From Candidatus Kaiserbacteria bacterium RIFCSPHIGHO2_02_FULL_49_34 (lineage in GTDB: Bacteria > Patescibacteriota > Minisyncoccia > Phycocordibacterales > UBA918): a stretch of 64,000 nt of DNA. The DNA lies in the NCBI GenBank assembly GCA_001781205.1, contig MFLE01000025.1, positions 22,914 to 86,913 on the forward strand, in the 5' to 3' direction. The notes beneath the pieces were generated by a model. The model saw only the letters and a program-made list of their open reading frames with translations. It was not told where the DNA came from and did not search any database. Positions 61,038 through 64,000 of this stretch are shown here, one piece after another (the first letter of the stretch is position 1; each line of letters starts with the position of its first letter). The translations under genes were made by a program, and so were the position numbers.

Positions 61038-63233
61038 ATGAAAACAACCTACCAACTTCATGGCATGACTTGCGCATCGTGTGCCGCACTCGTGACCAAA
61101 ACATTAAAAAGCATCGACGGGATCAATGACGCATCGGTCAATTTTGCGACGGAAACAGCGACGGTCGAGCATGATGAGCCGATTGCACTCGATACACTCA
61201 ACACTTCGCTTGCGCCGCTGGGGAAGTATTCTCTTTCGGAGCGACATATGCACAGCGAATCCTCCGCGTCTTCCATGGGCATGACGGAAGACGAACATCG
61301 CGCGCATACGGGCATCGGGCAGACAAAAGCTGCGAAAATTGCAGCAGCGAACGCTTTGCGTTCTCAAATTCGTATTGGGATACCACTTGCCGTCATCGCA
61401 TCCCTCATTATGGTACTCGACTTATTCGTTGCCATGCCACTTTTACTTGAAGAATTCTTTCATCATCTTTTGCCGATTATGGCAACGTATGTGTTGTTTG
61501 TTATTGGCGTGCCGTACCTAAAAGGTCTCTGGCGATTTATTCGTACCGGGCACGCCGACATGGACACGCTCGTTGGCCTCGGCACCCTCACAGCATTCCT
61601 TGCGAGTTTTGAGATTTCCGTGACGGAGCTCGTGCCAGACACGCTCCCTGCGGTGCTTGAAGGCGTCACGTATTATGAAGCAACGATTATCATCATTGTC
61701 TTCATTACTCTCGGTAAGTATCTTGAAGCGAAGTCAAAAATCACCGCGAGTGATGCGATTGAGAAGCTTCTTGAACTTTCTGCAAAAACTGCGCTCGTAA
61801 TCCGTGATGGTGTTGCGGTTGAAATTGCTATTTCCGAGGTAGTCGTGGGTGACATTATCCGCGTACTTCCCGGCACGAAGATTCCACTTGATGGTGTCAT
61901 TGTCGAGGGGGACTCATACCTCGACGAAGCGCTCGTGACAGGGGAACCTGACCCTACACACAAAGGTGCTGGCGACACCGTTATTGGCGGCACACTCAAC
62001 ACGACCGGCTCATTCACCTTCCGTACGACCGCTGTCGGCAGCGATACAATGCTCGCACGTATCGTACAAATGGTTGAGGACGCACAAGGTAGCAAAGCGC
62101 CGATTGAAGCGCTGGTTGATAAAATTTCTGCAGTCTTCACTCCGACCGTTCTCGCTATCGCGGTGCTTGCACTCATTATATGGAGTGTCCTTGGAAGTCC
62201 AGTGCTTGGGCTTACAGCGTTTGTCACCGTGCTGGTAATTGCATGCCCATGCGCACTCGGGCTTGCAACACCAATGTCGATTGTAACAGCAGTCGGCACT
62301 GCAGCGCGTCGAGGTATTCTTATTAAAGACGCGGCGTCACTTGAGCTTCTTGCGCTTGCGGATACTATTGTTGTTGATAAAACAGGAACAATTACAAAAG
62401 GTGCGCCGGAGGTTATTGATTTTGACGGCACAGACGAGACACTCGCGATACTTGCTGGGATTGAGTCACATTCAGAGCATCCTCTTGCGCGTGGCGTGCT
62501 CACCTATGCAAAATCAAGAAACATTACGCCAGCAACAGCTACGAACATTGAAGCTGTGAAAGGAAAAGGTATTATTGGTGTAGTAGCTGGTGTGGCGTAT
62601 AAGGTCGGCAGTACGGCGTTTGTCGGCGCACGCGAAGATACGACACCGTATACCACAATTTGCATTGCGCGCGAGGGCGGCCAAGTTCTTGCAACCCTCC
62701 ACATCGCCGACGCAGTGAAAGACAATGCAAAAGACGCGATCACTGCACTCCACAAGCTTGGCAAAAAAGTTATTATGCTTTCAGGAGACGACCAAGCAAC
62801 AGCCGACCGCATCGCGCGGGAAGTCGGTATCGACACCGCTATTGGCGGCGTCCTCCCTGCTGATAAATATGAGCATATTATTCGCTTGCAATCCGAAGGC
62901 AGAAAAGTTGCCATGGTCGGCGACGGTGTCAACGACGCACCAGCCCTCGCACAGGCCGATATTGGCGTCGCGATGGCAACCGGTACCGATGTCGCCATAG
63001 AGTCGGCTGGTATTACCCTCCTGCATGGTGATCTCGACCGTCTTGTACAAGCAATCAAGCTCTCAAAACGAACCCGTGCCAACATCCGCCAAAATCTTTT
63101 CTTCGCATTCATGTATAATACACTCGGCATTCCGCTTGCGGCACTTACCATTCTACCACCCGTCTTCGCCGGCTTCGCAATGGCAGCGTCATCAGTCTCC
63201 GTTGTGGGTAACGCGCTACGTCTTAAGAAATAA
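61038..63233 (+). CDS. copA: Copper-translocating P1B-type ATPase
   Basis: GMTCASC HMA domain, TGE, CPC, DKTGT, EHP, GDGVND, YN and MAASS motifs. Confidence 0.95.
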   Translation: MKTTYQLHGMTCASCAALVTKTLKSIDGINDASVNFATETATVEHDEPIALDTLNTSLAPLGKYSLSERHMHSESSASSMGMTEDEHRAHTGIGQTKAAKIAAANALRSQIRIGIPLAVIASLIMVLDLFVAMPLLLEEFFHHLLPIMATYVLFVIGVPYLKGLWRFIRTGHADMDTLVGLGTLTAFLASFEISVTELVPDTLPAVLEGVTYYEATIIIIVFITLGKYLEAKSKITASDAIEKLLELSAKTALVIRDGVAVEIAISEVVVGDIIRVLPGTKIPLDGVIVEGDSYLDEALVTGEPDPTHKGAGDTVIGGTLNTTGSFTFRTTAVGSDTMLARIVQMVEDAQGSKAPIEALVDKISAVFTPTVLAIAVLALIIWSVLGSPVLGLTAFVTVLVIACPCALGLATPMSIVTAVGTAARRGILIKDAASLELLALADTIVVDKTGTITKGAPEVIDFDGTDETLAILAGIESHSEHPLARGVLTYAKSRNITPATATNIEAVKGKGIIGVVAGVAYKVGSTAFVGAREDTTPYTTICIAREGGQVLATLHIADAVKDNAKDAITALHKLGKKVIMLSGDDQATADRIAREVGIDTAIGGVLPADKYEHIIRLQSEGRKVAMVGDGVNDAPALAQADIGVAMATGTDVAIESAGITLLHGDLDRLVQAIKLSKRTRANIRQNLFFAFMYNTLGIPLAALTILPPVFAGFAMAASSVSVVGNALRLKK

Positions 63234-63236
63234 CCT

Positions 63237-64000
63237 ATGAAATCATACACCTTTCACATTCACGAAATGCACTGTGCATCATGTACCGTTCTTACCGACA
63301 TGGAGCTCCGTAGCCACAGCGACGTTGAATCCGTGCGTGTTCATCTCGACACCAAAACAGTTGACGTTGTTGGCAATTTTGAAACACAGGAAGAAGCACG
63401 TTTGGAGCTTGCACCGCTCCTCGCGCCACACGGCTATACCCTTGCGCATGAGGCGGCTATTGCTCCGCGAGACTCTATCATTCGCGCACTCCCTTTCGCC
63501 GCAGGCATTATCGCGCTCTTTCTTGTACTGCAAACATTCGGACTCGCAGGCACACTCGGCAATGACGCAATCACTCCTGCGACCGCACTCATTATCGGCT
63601 TCATAGCATCACTCTCTTCGTGCGGCGCTGTCGTTGGGAGCCTCCTTCTTTCACTCACCGCGCATTACGCAAACAAGGGTGAACGTATTGTGCCGCAATT
63701 GACTTTCCACGGGGGTCGCCTTATTGCTTTCTTTGTACTTGGTGGACTGCTTGGTACATTCGGCAGTATTCTCACCCTCGGTTTCTATACAACACTCATA
63801 CTTAATATCGTTGTGACGCTTATGCTCCTTGCGCTTGGTATGAGCCTCCTTAATATTGCTCGCGTGAAGTTACTTACCCTGCCAGCATTTGTTACCAAGC
63901 CAATCACAAAACTCGTAAGCGCAAAAAAGCCATGGACACCCTTTGCTCTCGGTGCGCTTACTTTCTTCCTACCGTGTGGCTTCACCCAGTCAGCGCAGCT
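63237..64000 (+). CDS. HMA domain plus DsbD_2/TauE-like membrane protein (runs off the window end)
   Basis: Manual translation MKSYTFHIHEMHCASC...SLSSCGAVVG...FHGGRL...FFLPCGFTQ. Confidence 0.8.
   Translation, partial: MKSYTFHIHEMHCASCTVLTDMELRSHSDVESVRVHLDTKTVDVVGNFETQEEARLELAPLLAPHGYTLAHEAAIAPRDSIIRALPFAAGIIALFLVLQTFGLAGTLGNDAITPATALIIGFIASLSSCGAVVGSLLLSLTAHYANKGERIVPQLTFHGGRLIAFFVLGGLLGTFGSILTLGFYTTLILNIVVTLMLLALGMSLLNIARVKLLTLPAFVTKPITKLVSAKKPWTPFALGALTFFLPCGFTQSAQ

Overview
Chromosomal window from a small-genome bacterium that looks like Patescibacteria/Parcubacteria (inference from gene content and architecture); it uses the standard code, as several genes end in TGA. Core genes: topA 3' end, a stand-alone fusA, prfA, an ftsB-like gene, mrdA, ligA, htpX, lemA, a truB-like gene, a holA-like gene, a short smc, rnc, a nusB-NUDIX fusion, tRNA-Lys, tRNA-His and a csoR-copA copper operon. 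A ~33 kb surface-glycan locus (13.6-46.3 kb) encodes the GDP-fucose pathway, GT11 and GT10 fucosyltransferases, a CDP-dideoxy/branched-sugar pathway, Wzx, many GTs and an initiating sugar transferase. It lies next to a surface protein with Tyr-Gly-Ser-Thr repeats. Most notable unexplained structure: single-gene promoter-ORF cassettes bracketed by direct duplications of a terminator hairpin. There are at least three clear cases, two carrying paralogs of one unknown ~140-aa protein, and no recombinase is in the window. Also seen: a REP/MITE-like palindrome family, tRNA-derived repeats around tRNA-Lys, a DUF3800 gene with an in-frame TGA and a convergent small-RNA promoter, and apparently leaderless core genes versus SD-led accessory genes. 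No CRISPR array, integrase, transposase or reverse transcriptase was seen.
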